NCBI GenBank assembly: GCA_964016885.1
Contig: OZ024749.1
Location: 4,650,001-4,714,000, forward strand
Direction of reading: 5' to 3'
Length of the DNA: 64,000 nt
Source of the DNA: Eledone cirrhosa
Taxonomy: Eukaryota
Under the pieces are notes generated by a model, which worked only from the letters and a program-made list of their open reading frames with translations, searched no databases and was not told where the DNA came from. Shown in pieces: positions 1 to 17,289 of this stretch. Both the position numbers and the translations under genes were made by a program. The first letter of the stretch is position 1. Every line of letters begins with the position of its first letter.

Positions 1-2340
1 AAAAAACGACAAAACCCTAACAATCAAAGAGGCAGATAAAAGGAGTGCAGTAGTCCTTATGGAGACAGATTATTACAAGACGCTAGTACTCTCAACTCTA
101 GAAAACCAAACATATTATGAAAAGGCCCAACACTACACACAACAGAAAATAATGAGAAACCTAAAATCCCTAACAACCCTTTACAAAGAAGGCCTTACAG
201 ACAAGGAATACAACTATATCACAGTTTCAAAAGCACGGTATCCCAACGACACACAAAATCGAAATAATAGGGAGGGCCTGCAAGCAAGCCGCAAACATTT
301 ACATCCTGATGACCTTAAATTAAGACCCGTAATTACAGGTACCACATGTGAAACCCACCGCCTAAGCAACTTCCTAGATATTCTGCTTAAACCTTTCCTA
401 AAACACATAAAAAGCTTCATAAGGGACGACCTTGACATGCTCAACCACCTCCCAACAACTCTCAATAATGAACGTACCCTACTAGTAACCTTTGATGTCA
501 TCAATTTATTTTCCAATATCCCACACAACCTAGGTATAGCAGCAATACAATTTTGGCTTGAAGATTTGTGTTGGAGGGACTCATATTCATCTTGGAAAAC
601 AATTTCTTTGAATTCAATGCCAAATACTACAGACAGAAATACGGGACTGCCATAGGCACGAAAGTAGCCCCTCATACGCCAACCGTGTCATGGGATATTT
701 GGAAACCACTCTCTACCGCAAAGTTCTAGACAAATACGACAACCACTTCTACCAACACATAGAAAAGAACTGGAAGAGATATCTGGACGACTGCTTCATC
801 TTCTGGCATGAAAAAGTATAGAAAGACTGATTGAGTTTAAAACCCTTCTGAATAGACTCAACACAAACTTACAATTCACAATGGATTACAGCCATGAACA
901 ACTCCCTTTCCTCGACATCCTCATCAAGAAAACAAACACCAAAATAGAAACAGACATATACTACAAACCGACAGACTCCAAACAATACCTTCCATTCAAC
1001 TCGTGCCACCCTAGACCCACCAAAATGGCAAATCCTTATAACCCAGCCAGAAGAATCTGCACAATAGTTTCAGATACATACACATGCTACACACGACTAG
1101 AAGAATTAAAAAACACACTTATCAGCAGAAACTACCCACCAGCCCTAATCGACAATGGATTCCAACGTGCCCTAAAACTCTACATCCAAGAAATCAGACA
1201 CCCCAAACTCAGGAATGAATCGCAACAGAAAACTCTACTATACATCTCCACACACAAACCCTTCAACAATGAGGCATTCGACACCATCCTCCAGAACATT
1301 CCTTTACTATAAAGAGGACCAAGAATGAACACAATCCTGCAAACACACAACATCATAAAAGCAAAAGACAACCTAAATCCATAAAAAAACATCCTCACAC
1401 AAGCCAAAATCCAACAAACTCTCACAATGAACCCTACAGTAACAAAATGCGGAAGGCCCAACTGTGGCATATGCATAAATCTAATAGAAGGTTCAACATT
1501 CCATTTTAAACAAGGGCAACATTTCACAGTTAAACACAACTTTACATGTGCATCTGAAAACCTAATCTATGTTTTGACCTGCTCAGGTTGTCAAGAGCAC
1601 TACATAGGACAGACAGAAAACAGCCTCCAACAACGTATGACTGTCCATAAATCACAAATCAAAACACAAGAATATAGAAAGATTGCATTTAGTGAACATA
1701 TCGCCAATTCTGCACCCAACCAATATCCAAACTTTAAATTTTTCCCCATTTACAAATTCATAAACAACGCTACTTTCATCCATCGTACCAATGAGGAAAC
1801 GTATTTCATTAACAAATTCCAATCTCTACTTAATGCACTAAACTTCGGACTAAACTAAAACTGGAACGAACAATCAAGCATTTACAAGAGTTACCTACCT
1901 CACACCCTACCTAATCCTCTTTCTTAAATAAATTAAATATCATCAAGCATGAATTACCTCTCCCTGCGTATTAAACTCTCTAAAAAGGGAAATCATATCA
2001 AACCCCAATCCACCATTTGCCTCCATCATGGATCAACTAAGCACCCTTGCTATATAAACACATTTTGATCTGCTTAACTTCAAGAACTATGCCTGTAAAT
2101 ACCATTATTTTTTTCTTTCACATTGACTTTTTATCCCCAAATTACGCTCCTTTTTTTTTCTTTTTTCTTGTTTCTTTTTTCTTTTGTCTTCTCACTTCAT
2201 AAACCTTGTTTGTAAATAACATTATTCTTTCTGAACCATTTCTTTAACATGTCCAACACCACCATTCTACACCAATATACATATCACTATCATTTGATAA
2301 TGCATAAACATGCTGAAACCGGTAATAGACAATTATTAAA
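1..2340 (+). mobile_element. Penelope-like retroelement (Neptune-type RT + Cys linker + GIY-YIG endonuclease), frameshifted, with 3' UTR/pLTR; runs off the window start
   Basis: ORF pieces 59-655, 881-1312 and 1427-1858 carry PLE motifs: LRPVI, FDVINLFSNIP, GTAIGTKVAP (~643-672), WKRYLDDCFIFW (~772-806), LPFLDI, DIYYKPTDS, CGRPNCGIC linker and NLIYVLTC..C...YIGQT (GIY-YIG). Degenerate hammerhead at 2287-2328. Confidence 0.93.
2287..2328 (+). ncRNA. Degenerate minimal hammerhead ribozyme in PLE 3' pLTR
   Basis: ctat..TTGATAA-tgcat aaac atgct-GAAA-CCGG-TA-atag. Palindromic stem III (ACCGGT) is intact but the CUGANGA box is mutated. Confidence 0.5.
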
Positions 2341-3554
2341 TATATAAATAAATAAATAAATAAATAAATAAATGCCATTGTTAATTAAGAAATAAATCAA
2401 CTAATGCCTTAACACTTCACACAAAGTAAAATATTTCGTTTTAATCATTTTCTAACCCAGAAAAAAGATAGAAATAAATAAAAGGGAAAACATTTTTTTT
2501 TTCCTAATAATCGTTCCGTTTACATGTATATGATATATATTGTGTATAGATCAGTGACGAGCATTTCGTAGACGATTGGCTCAAGGTGACCCATAGGAGT
2601 TGTGGAGCCGACTCCACTTTTGATCTACTGATTAGACTCCTTGCTTTGGTACGAACACCACTAATTCACATAATCTCCTACACCATATATATATATGGGG
2701 GTGTAAATATAAATATAAGTGTATATGTGTGTGTATGTGTATGGGTAAATGTAAGTAAATGTGTATATGTGTATGTATGTATGTATGTATACGTGTCTGT
2801 GAATAACGTAAATATATATATATATAATGGATCTATACACATTTTCTTTTAATGCCTTCATCCAGTAAATATATTGAAATGGTCGCCTGTTATAGTAATA
2901 TTATATGCAGCTCTAATGATGTTTCTCTACCTCTTTCACTTAGGTTTTCATTCTGACACACTGTTTGTCTGTAGCACATTCTTAATATGTTGTCAATGCA
3001 CAGTTAAATCTTGTCAAATTGGTCAGGGAATTGTTCTGCAAAAAGCAATATATTCACAAGAGAATTGCATTTCAAAATATAATAACAAACATGAATATCT
3101 ATATGAGACCTTATTTACATCTATTCACTAAATATATTGAAAAATAAATAGGGCTCAATTGAACGCGCGCAACGTTAGAATATGTCTTTATATTTGAAAT
3201 GAATTTACTTCATTTGAAAAGAATGTACAACACTTGAAGGCATGAGAATAAACGCATGAAATTTCATATACTAGTTCTGAGTAACAAGACGTTATTATAC
3301 CTACAAGTGGTAGGAACAAGTGGATTGTATTTGATCCTTGAATGCTTCGAACAAGTTCGACCTGGAGTTTAAAGAACAAAACCATATTTAGTTCTCCTAA
3401 TAGACAAAAAATATATATACTCGAGAATATTGGGTAATTTTATTTCCTGATGCAGACAAACATATGAAACAAGTGGATTGATGTGATATAACGGAATATT
3501 ATGTCTATACTTATATATATATATATATATACACATTTCTTCATATATATATAG

Positions 3555-3593
<39 letters not shown>

Positions 3594-3946
3594 CATATTT
3601 CTTCATATATATATATATATATATGTGCGTGTGTGTGCATGTGTCTGAGTGTCTGTGTCTGCGTGTATGGGCAGGTAATTGTATATGTATGTGTGTGCAT
3701 ATGTTCGTGAGTATATACAAAGAAAAATGGAGAAAATATATGTGATGGCAGAGATAAAATGGCATCCAATGATATAATTGTTTTAGCTAAACCATTATTG
3801 ATGAAATAATATTCTTGAGTGTCTGCTTCCATTACGGTCTGTAAAGATCACTAGATAGTAAAGATCAACGTACTGTCAAAATCAGCGTTACTATGGGAAT
3901 ACATTCGTCATTTTCTAATCGTAACTTGCACGAACGACGTCCTTGT

Positions 3947-4004
<58 letters not shown>

Positions 4005-4825
4005 TGTGACCTTAACGTATAGTTACCGCTGTGATCACCGTCAATAAACTAAGATATATAATATTATGCCTCCTCTAGGTCATCTTATTCAAGAGAAATA
4101 CCATTTCCCGTTATGTTTTCTATAGAAAAAACAAAAAGCAATATTGGCCAATTTTTAGACCATGTCTCACATGTTTTTGTCATTTATTTCTCGATACTTT
4201 TTTTCGAAACTTGATGCTTCCAAATTGCTCATGCTATATTTTGTTGTATTAAAAATTACAGGCGTTTCGGTTTGGAAGTTGTTGTGTTCTTATTCGAGAC
4301 AATGCTTACGTGTATGTATATGTATGTGTGTGTTTCTGTATGTGAGCATTTCTGTGTTTCTGTGTTTGTGTCTATGTAAGTGTATGTGTGATTGTATGTG
4401 TGTGTTGTCATTCAATCAATTTCTTAAAGTTCAACTGAGTGTTATCTCCTAAATGAGATATCGATATGAATTATGTTGGTTAGTAACTTCTGATAATATT
4501 GAATAAAATATTTACCATTCTGCTCTGAGGAAACAGTGGTCACAGCATTAGATATTCGAGTTCTGCAAGTACTTGTGAATTTGCACGTAGCATAACTAGG
4601 CTGCAGTACCACCGTGGAAACACTTGTAAGCACACGGAATAAATTACCTTTTTATGATGTCTACCTGTTATTATTCATTCTTTATATACACTCCGGAATA
4701 CTGAAGGATCAGGAACTAAGTTTCATGAACAGTTCTTCCATAACTCGTAGAGTAACCTCTTACCGTACGTCAACCATATCCGGTGTAGTAATTAACCATT
4801 ACTACATATTGGATAATCCTATACC

Positions 4826-6794
<1,969 letters not shown>

Positions 6795-6797
<3 letters not shown>

Positions 6798-7550
6798 TGT
6801 TATACTTGGGGAATGTCATATTTGTGTAATATTGCCAGAATTAATAACAGAACACACTCACTGTGTTCTGTTATTAATTCTGGCAATATTACACAAATAT
6901 GACCCTCCCCAAATATAACAATATTTGTTTCGACACACGATTTCATATAAAAAACCTCGCTAAACTAATTCATCGCCGCTATGTATATATATATATATAT
7001 GTATATACATATATATATATATATATATATGAGTGTATATATATATATGTATATACATATATTTCGTTTCTGAATTTGTTTAGCAAGATTCTTTATCTGA
7101 AATCGTGTGTTGAAACCGATATTGTTATACTTTGGGAGGGTCATATTGCCAATAAGAAACACACACACCAGTTGCTTTCATTTCAATTTAATTTATTATA
7201 TATTTATAAATTTACAAATTTATAAATTTCTGGTTGGTTGGTTGGTTTCACAACCAGATAGTTGTTTATATATATATAAACAACTATGGCGAAAATGGTG
7301 TAGGATAGAAGAAAGGAAAGGCACAGAAACGAAGAAAGAAATCCCCAGTCACTGAAGAGGTCACAGAGTGTGTGACGAAAGAACTATGACTATATATATA
7401 TAAACAACTATCTGGTTGTGGAACCAACCAACCAACCAGAAATTTATAAATTTGTAAATTTATAAATATATAATAAATTAAATTGAAGTGAAAGCAACTG
7501 GTGCGTGTGTTTCTTATTGGCAACATGACCCTCCCAAAGTATAACAATAT
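6795..7550. mobile_element. PLE pseudo-LTR relics in inverted (fold-back) arrangement, same family as the Naiad-like element at 22040-23000
   Basis: 7118-7280 is the reverse complement of 7391-7550; further pieces at 6795-6970. Matches 22040-22270 and 54690-54760. Contains the hammerhead at 7347-7391. Confidence 0.8.
7347..7391 (+). ncRNA. Minimal type-I hammerhead ribozyme
   Basis: AGUCA-CUGAAGA-G-GUCACA(gagug)UGUGAC-GAAA-gaac-UA^UGACU. Stem I AGUCA/UGACU, 6-bp stem II, one extra G after A9. Confidence 0.72.
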
Positions 7551-7873
7551 ATACATATATATATATATATATATATGTATATACATATATATATATATAT
7601 GTGTATATATATATATGTATGTATATATATATGTATATACATATATATATATATGTATGTATATATATATGTATATACATATATATATATATGTATGTAT
7701 ATATATATATGTATTTACATATATGTATATATGTATGTATATATATATATGTATGTATATATATATGTATATACATATATATATATGTATATATATATGT
7801 ATGTATATATATATGTATATACATATATATATATGTATATACATATATATATATATGTATGTATATATATATG

Positions 7874-7904
<31 letters not shown>

Positions 7905-7908
7905 GTAT
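7549..7908. repeat. Compound (TA)n microsatellite
   Basis: Direct reading. Confidence 0.97.
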
Positions 7909-8357
7909 AAGGAGCTCTTAAGAGTCAATGGCCATCCAAAATCACCGGGAGAGATCACCCCTTAGCCTTTGTCAAGGCAGAATTCTAGGAGAAGGAAAAC
8001 TCTGATATAACACCTGCAACCCTGATGGTATCCAATGATGTTGACTTGTTCTTCTTTTGGGTAAATATCATCTTGGTTAAGAGATTGGGACTGGCTTTGT
8101 GCAGTGCCTTTGCTCACTATAAAAGCTTCACGGCACAGGCATTGCTTTATATCTGGAGATCTCTCTGCACTTGTCATCACATGGTACCATGGGCCCAGCA
8201 CTGTGTGTCAATAATTGTTACAAGTGTAGTGTTTGTACCAGAGGTTTCAAGTCGCTGGCTGGACTAAAAAGTCACACTCGTTCAGCGCTTCGGTAGGGGT
8301 TCTCCTACATGGATATAAAGTAGTGGCCGTACTCGAAAACGAGTTGGCAGCCACCAT
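7909..8357 (+). mobile_element. Non-autonomous bipartite RTE-derived retroposon (family A), 5'-truncated copy
   Basis: Near-identical to 17452-17899; ends in hairpin GGCCGTACTCGAAAACGAGTTGGCAGCC followed by ACCA(TA)n. Confidence 0.85.
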
Positions 8358-8392
8358 ATATATATATATATGTATGTATATATACATGTATG

Positions 8393-8439
<47 letters not shown>

Positions 8440-9000
8440 GTATATATATATATATATGTATATATATATGTATATACATATATATATATATGTATATACA
8501 TATATATATATATGTATATATATATATATGTATGTATATATACATATATATATACATATATATATATATGTATATACATATATATATACATACATATATA
8601 TATATATACATATATATATACATATATATATATATGTATATACATATATATATACATACATATATATATGTATATACATATATATATATACATACATATA
8701 TATATATATATGTATATACATATATATATACATACATATATATATATATGTATATACATATATATATACATACATATATATATATATGTATATACATATA
8801 TATATACATACATATATATATATATGTATATACATATATATATACATATATATATATATGTGTATGTATATATATATGTATATACATATATATATATATG
8901 AATGTATATATATATGTATATACATATATATATATATGTATGTCTATATATATATATATATATATACATATATATGTATATACATATATATATATATGTA
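8357..9000. repeat. Compound (TA)n microsatellite continuing from the family A tail
   Basis: Direct reading. Confidence 0.97.
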
Positions 9001-9240
9001 AACAATTTGGAATTTAAAAGACAACAATATAGACTATTCAGTATCTTTGAGAACGATTTCGAAGCACCTGCATACCGATATATGGCTTTATCAAGATTCT
9101 GTAAATTGTGTATCGAAGAAATTTTTATATAATTAACTATCAAAACTCTATTATTATCAGACCATAATTATTTTCTTATTGTAAACATCGCCAAATTTCC
9201 ACGTTCAGAACTATTTTTAATTTATAATATTCCTATAGAC
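9001..9240 (+). mobile_element. Old PLE GIY-YIG C-terminal fragment (Nematis-like)
   Basis: Frameshifted translation [13 protein letters not shown]...APAY...RFCKLCIEE resembles the IWxLKD...Y...CxLCxxEK C-terminus of this PLE group. Confidence 0.55.
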
Positions 9241-10727
9241 CTTCGAAATGATCCTACCTTTTAAAAAATTTAATTGTAAATTTTTTTTATATTTTTAATA
9301 TTTTTTAAATATTTTTAATATTTCTAAAACGTTTTAATATCTCTAATGTTTATAATATGCTTAATATATATATATATATTTTAATTTCCGACATTATTTT
9401 AATTCTAATATTATTTTTAATTCTGACATTATTTTTCTAAGGACACGCCTCTAAATATATTTTTAGATGTAGATTGATAATCTTTAAATAACATTCTGAA
9501 AATGTTTCCTCTTTACGATAGATCTTCGAAAAGCACATTACATTTTTCCTCGCTCTTTTTGTTTTTCAAACATGGATCTCGCACAAAATAATATATAATT
9601 TTCTCTATATATTTTGGAGTAAATCACTCATCAAATTTAATGGTTAACAAATAAAATTGGAGTTATCTTTCCTTTCTCAATCGTGCAAACATAAAAATAT
9701 TATGTTTGATAATCTGTATAGCTTCGCTAAATTAACAATATTCTGAAAACATTTTCAATGTTGAACAAAATGTTTGAATCCACAAATTGTTCTACTCTCA
9801 CAACTTGAACCACCTATCTTTAAGTAAAATACAAAATCAACTTCCGTTGAAATTCATATTTGATATATAAACAACTAATAATTATAAATTATCTCTATCT
9901 CTATAATGCTAATCCATACGCTATTATTAATATATATATATAGATATTTATATACATATAACCTATCGTAATGTAATAAGATAAAAAATACTTACAACCA
10001 TAATTCTTCATATAATCTAATTGATTATATATACAATATTATAACTCATAATATAGGTAAGTAAATGTTTTCCCCCAAATTAACGTAAATGGTAGCTCTT
10101 CTTCCTTTCTCTTCTTTCCTACACATACAAAAACTTATAAAATTATAAAAATTTTCCATAGCGTCTAAAATAACGTTTTTTTCAGCCCTTTTACATAAAC
10201 ATCATTTGCATATTCATCTTAATAATTTGAAATATCTGACTGTTCATCTCTTATCCGTTCACTATCCAAGAATAACTTGAACCGTTAAGGTAAATTCTCC
10301 TTGTTTATGTCAACATTTATAAAACACACTTCATATTTTATATGATGATAGCGTACCAACATTTTGGTCCCCTTGAAATATATATAATAGAATAAATATG
10401 GTTTTATAAATATAATTGTTTCTACTTTAGGCATAAGGCCAGCAAATACCCAGCACATTACTGGTACTTTACATAACTACAAAGCTCCGGATTGAATTAC
10501 AACAACATCCTAATTTTCTTACCAACTTTCGAACATTCGCAGTTATCTCCCTTTCACATCTCGCCCGCAATTTAGTATTGCCCGTGTGAAGTGATCGTTT
10601 CTGCGCATGCGCGTTCGTACGGTTCTCCTTCCTGTTCCGTGTAACCATGTCCATTACAAGCTGAGGATCCGCTAAGGTGAAACAATTACTCTCGGTATGG
10701 TGAACTAACTGTTGTGTAACCATTTCT

Positions 10728-12002
<1,275 letters not shown>

Positions 12003-12514
12003 CATTTTAACACGTAATCATACGTACATTTAGTGAATTTGCTATCGTGCTAACAAGAAATTATATGCATTTGCAGAAATTTCTCGCCATAACGTTTTCC
12101 TGCACTGACAAATGTTGAACACATAAACGGATTATATATCTGGATGTACGAAAGATTCAATAAAGCTGCAATACACATTAAGATAGATGCCATTAAAATA
12201 TTTGAAATCAATGATAAGAAGCTTTGCAATTAGAGTACTTATATGGGATGGTGAAGATAAACATTACGTGTTTTCAGAAGACTTAAAATGAACCTGATCT
12301 CGCATATGATAGTCAATTGATATCTCTGTATTATATATATAATGATAAAAATAATAAAAATGAATATAACCGTAGTTGCAGTTGCACTATAGCAGATTAA
12401 TTATCGCATTACAATATATATACTCAAACATTAATATGGTTCATTGATTAATCAACGAATACAATTTTACAATAGATTAGAAGTACTTCACAAGAGATTT
12501 ACCTGGAGTATTTA

Positions 12515-12850
12515 ATATTATTCAACATGTTAATAAATCAAGATATTCTTATAATCGAAATGTATAATTTATTATACATGTTTTATAGGTACAATGGTGT
12601 TTAAGTACGTTTTCATCAGACAAAATATAAGATTTGATATGTGACATACCGCTACGGTTTTGATTATTGAATTACAGTACTGGAATTGAATAGTCAAATA
12701 CTGGAATTGAATAATCAATGCCACCTATCAAATCTTATATTTTGTCTGATGAAAACGTAGTTAAACACCATAGTACCTTTGAAATATGTATAATAAAATA
12801 TATATTTTGATTATGAGAATATTGTTCATTTATTCATATTTTGAATAATA
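12515..12850. repeat. Diverged inverted repeat (~140-bp arms), probable PLE pLTR fold-back
   Basis: ggtacaatggtgtttaagtacgttttcatcagacaaaatataagatttgata (~12588-12640) pairs with tatcaaatcttatattttgtctgatgaaaacgtagttaaacaccatagtacc (~12727-12778). The arm contains CTGATGA. Confidence 0.75.
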
Positions 12851-13289
12851 TATATATATAACGAAGGAAGTGTGGTAATTAAAATCCTAGTCTGCAGAAC
12901 ATGTATATACATAACAGTGTAAGTGACATATAGAAAAGCAGTTATATAATAAATAAATCTAGCAGATTCATAAACCACCAAACAAACTATGTAACCTTTG
13001 CCTCCTTGTGTCTCGCACTATTATTCATTCAAATTTCACCCTGCTAAATAGAAAATGAGAGATATTTTCCACGTGTCCACATTACCATAGATATTCTCTC
13101 TACTATTTGAAACCAAATAGCTAATATCTAGCAATGTCCGATATATTACTATATTACTACTACATTTAAGTTTATTTCATTAGCTTTTCGTAATTATATA
13201 ACAACAGCTTAACTTTAACAAACCACACCAACTTATATCCTATCTGATATACTTTTCTCTTACTTAATTATAATATTATCACCATAACA

Positions 13290-14890
13290 TCATCATCAGG
13301 TGGCGCTTGCTCGGCATTCTACGACACGCTTCCTCCATCTATCTCTGTCTCTCATAGTGTTTGCCAGTTCTTCCGCAGTGCATCCAGTATCGTCCTGAAC
13401 TTGCTTGACGTATGTCTTCTTGGGACGACCAGCGTTTCTTGCTCCATGAGATGGACTCCAAAACAACACATCACCTGCTATTTCTTCCTAGCTGCGCCAA
13501 CAGTGGCCAGCAAATCTGAGTATCTGTCCACGTATTGACCTGCTGATAGGTGGTATATTGCCATAGAGATCCTTATTTGTTGGGTGTTCCCTCCAAGACA
13601 TGTTTAAAGAGGCGCGGAGCATACGTATGTATGCCCCGTCCAGCTTTTTCTCCAGTTTCGACGTTAGCGTCCAATGATAGAGCCATAAACAAGCACAGAC
13701 TCCACAGCAGCTCTGAAGAAATTCCTTTTCAGTTTGGCCGGTAGGTTTGATTTCCATATCTTTTCCATTGCATTCAATGCTCCCCAGGCTTTTCCCAGTC
13801 TGATGTTAACATCATGTTCTGTGGAGGCGATATAGCTACCCAAGTATTTGAAATCGTCAACTTTATTGATTATATCACCGTTTAGACTTCGCATACCAAC
13901 TGAGGAGTCTTGGTTCGCGCAAATATATTCTGTTTTGCTGCGTTGACATAGAGTCCGATTTCCTTTGCAACTGATTCGATGCTGTGAAGTAGTGATGTTG
14001 CGTCTTTAAGGTAATCAGCGAGGACCGCTAAATCATCCGCATAGTCAGCCTCGGTGATTTTCTGAGCTGCATGTCGTCTACAATTTCGCTCTGTGAGAGT
14101 GAAACCAAGCTCTAAGTTTTCGTCCAGGGCTTTTCTCAATACATAGTAGAGGCAGATGATAAAAATGTATGGTGCAAGAGTATCCCCTTGGAGTACTCCT
14201 GTAATGATGTCAAATAAATTGGTATTTCCATCAGGTGAGCGCACCATTGCGCGGATGTTTTTATATAACATCATGATGGCATTTACTATTTTCCTTGGCA
14301 AGCCGTAGGCTAGAAGTATCTCTCTTATCCTTCCACGATGGATGAAATCGAATGGTTTTGAAAAGTCAATAAACAGGAGAGTTGCTGGGAGGTTTTTGGC
14401 TTTTACGCCTTCCAAGATACGAATTGTCAGTATTTGCCCTGATGTTGATCTGTTGGTGCGGAAGACATTTTGTTTTTTTCTCAGCAAAAGTCAATGACAG
14501 GTCTTATTCTGTCAAACAGCATGAGATTGTATATCTTTGCGGCAATTGCCATTATTGTTATGCCACGGTAGTTTTTAGCCATTCCAAGATCGCCATTTTG
14601 GGGAAAAGGGAGTATACATCTCTCAGTCCATTTGTCTATGGAGTCTTGATTATAGACACCATTACACAACTCTAGTAGGATTGGGTGAAATTCCGGTACC
14701 TTCCACACTTCAGCTGGGATCTCGACGAGTCCGCACGCTTTTCCGTTACCAATACTTTTAACTGCTTTCTGTAGTTCCTCCATAGTGAAAAGAGTATTTG
14801 GTGTTCCTCTGTAAAAACGGGTATTCTTTCTTCTTCGATGATCTGTGGTGCTTTGCCAAATAGGTTCTGATAATGTTGCCACAGTTTTAA
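13290..14890 (-). mobile_element. RTE-clade LINE, 5'-truncated and frameshifted reverse transcriptase
   Basis: ORFs 14481-14882, 13882-14487, 13664-13894 and 13488-13757 give NYRGIT, FRTNRST, FIDFSKPFD, GVLQGDTLAPYIF, YADDL, FKYLGS and LRFAGHCWRS; (GAT)n tail near 13290. Confidence 0.93.
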
Positions 14891-15431
14891 ACGTGGAGGT
14901 TTTCAGTTTGGCTATGTCACTACTTTTCTGCCAATAATTTCACCATAACATATATATATATATTAATAAACTACTTCCTAGATCTCTCACCTAATACAAA
15001 TCAAATGTTTGTTAATAACCAAATAAATAAACAATGTAGACACCATAATATGCTCTCCATCCTTACTACTAAATAATATAGAACACTAATTATATAACTG
15101 ACAACAGTGTATATAACACTACTTACTCTATTATATATTATATAAATCCCTGTCTTCTTATTAATAATTTAACTTTCTTTACACAATCTGAATAAATATG
15201 AATAACAAATAACTATTATAAATAATTTATAAGACAATTTAATGAATGATCATTTTCAATAGATAATAAACAATAATTGAGAAAAATAAAACAACCCGTC
15301 TTTTATTGTCAACCTTAATACTTCCTTCATTACCTCCCTTTGTTATTAACTCCCCTTATGAATATCGTTTCCTTTATTTTCTTAATTCATAACGTTAAAA
15401 CAACTAGCAGAAAAACCAGAAAAACCAACTC

Positions 15432-15767
15432 CTAGTATGTGTAGTGTGTATATTGATATTATACGTAAGTATATATTTATGTAGATATGGTACATAAAAT
15501 AAAACCGTAATTGACAATATACACAGAAATTGAACGAAGTAATCAGTAACGTAATCCATGATACATTAAAAAAAGACGATATTATATATATGCTAGCATG
15601 TGTAGTGTGTATATTGATATTATACGCAAGTGTATATACATGTAGATATGATCAAATAAAATCGTAATTGACAATATACACAGAAATTGATCTAAGACTG
15701 TTACACTACCTTATGTAATCAGTAACGTAATCCATGATACATTTAAAAAAAGACGATATTATATATA
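15432..15767. repeat. Local tandem duplication (2 x ~160-175 bp)
   Basis: ctag(t/c)atgtgtagtgtgtatattgatattatacg...aaagacgatattatatata occurs at 15432 and at 15593. Confidence 0.88.
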
Positions 15768-16831
15768 AATTGTATTAAGAGAAAATTAGTGACAGAAATA
15801 TATGAATATTTATTTAAACGATCGCTAACCGGAACTGTTGACATTTGAAAATTTTAAAGAAGTGAATCCTTAAATAAATAATAAAATATATCCAATCAAC
15901 AGCCACGAAATTTAATACATAAATTCTGTAATATTCATTCATTATTTATTGAAAGTAATCCAACATATTTTACTAAGAGGATATACAATTATAAACCGTA
16001 CGCAATCCCGCGCTTCTTACTTTATTATAGTTTAGATTTAACGATATTTTTACCATTAGACTTCGTCTAATAATTCTTAATAGAGCTCGCACATAAAGCA
16101 AAGTGAACTATTTTTTAATAGAATATTTAAAGATAGGAATTCATTGTATAATATATTTCCTATTCTAAAATGGCTAGTAATACAATGGAATTACTCTTTT
16201 CTAAACACCTATTTTTGAACTGTACACTTCGCAAACACATTACAACTAAATTTAAGAAATTTCCATGTTTAATACATGTGCTTTACACCCAACATATACA
16301 TTTACAAACGAACTCTAATATAAACATTCTTGAATGACAATTACCTATCTTATTTACTTACGTTTATTGCATTATACAACATTTATTCATTTTATCACAA
16401 CATATTCCTCTACCATATTGCATGCCAGTTTTAACATTTTAAACATTTTTAATAATTTTAACATGTTTTAACATTCTGTATGAAATTTGCTTGATTTATT
16501 TATTATATAACCCTTACCCCAGACATGATTATAGTAATCTTCGCATTTTACACCCTTAAAATTACCTGCTTTTCAATGCCATGATATCATTTATCTTTCA
16601 ACACAAACACATTTCTGCTTGTATCTTTTACACATATATTACCTTAAAGAATATCTTTATATATAATATGCTTAATATTTCACTTGTCACCATTGATGCT
16701 TATACTGTGATTTCTGTAGCATAACTTCTTTTTGTAAGTTCTGCTTTTCTATATGATGTCACTGACACTATCAATATTTATGTATATTCTGAAGACGAAG
16801 ATTTTAATTACCTGTTTAAACATTGTGTGTA

Positions 16832-16878
16832 TGCTCCGATGAAACCAGACGTTCGTCTGAAAGAAACAATTGTCAGCA
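16832..16878 (+). ncRNA. Minimal hammerhead ribozyme (U4>C variant)
   Basis: UGCU-CCGAUGA-aac CAGAC(guuc)GUCUG aaa-GAAA-CAAUUG-UC^AGCA. Stem I UGCU/AGCA, palindromic stem III ACAAUUGU, GUC triplet. Confidence 0.65.
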
Positions 16879-16933
16879 ATTAAAGATTTGTGTTTTATAT
16901 CTTATATATGTATATGTATGTATGTATGTATAT

Positions 16934-17101
16934 ATGGGCCCAGCACTATGTGTCAATAATTGTCACAAGTGTAGTATTTGTAGCAGAGTTTTCAAGTCGC
17001 TGGCCAGACTAAAATGTCACACTCGTTCAGCGCATCGGGAGGGGTTCTCCTACATGGATATAAAGTTGTGGCCGTACTCGAAAACGAGTTGGCAGCCACC
17101 A
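16934..17101 (+). mobile_element. Family A RTE-derived retroposon, short 3' fragment
   Basis: Matches 17731-17899; encodes the relic C2H2 finger CSICSRVFKSLARLKCHTRSAH. Confidence 0.85.
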
Positions 17102-17289
17102 TATACGTATATATAATTTTTAAAAAAGTAAACAGGGAACAAAAAACAAGAAAAAACGAAGAGACAGTACAAATGATATAATTATTAGTTTCACGCTTGA
17201 GAGTATGTATGTATGTATGTATGTATGTATCTATATGCATTATATATATATGTATACATATATGCATATGTATATGTATATATATATAT

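Noticed and set aside
3290-4665. Possible small minus-strand exons (~3302-3361, ~3790-3838, ~4515-4640), and similarly 53823-53922
   Set aside because: Splice-like signals exist, but I could not join them into a consistent frame or recognise a protein.
9500-10410. Possible highly decayed RT on the - strand
   Set aside because: No diagnostic motif could be read with confidence.
16823-17116. Host C2H2 zinc-finger gene
   Set aside because: The single finger lies within the multi-copy family A retroposon and is an RTE C-terminal relic.
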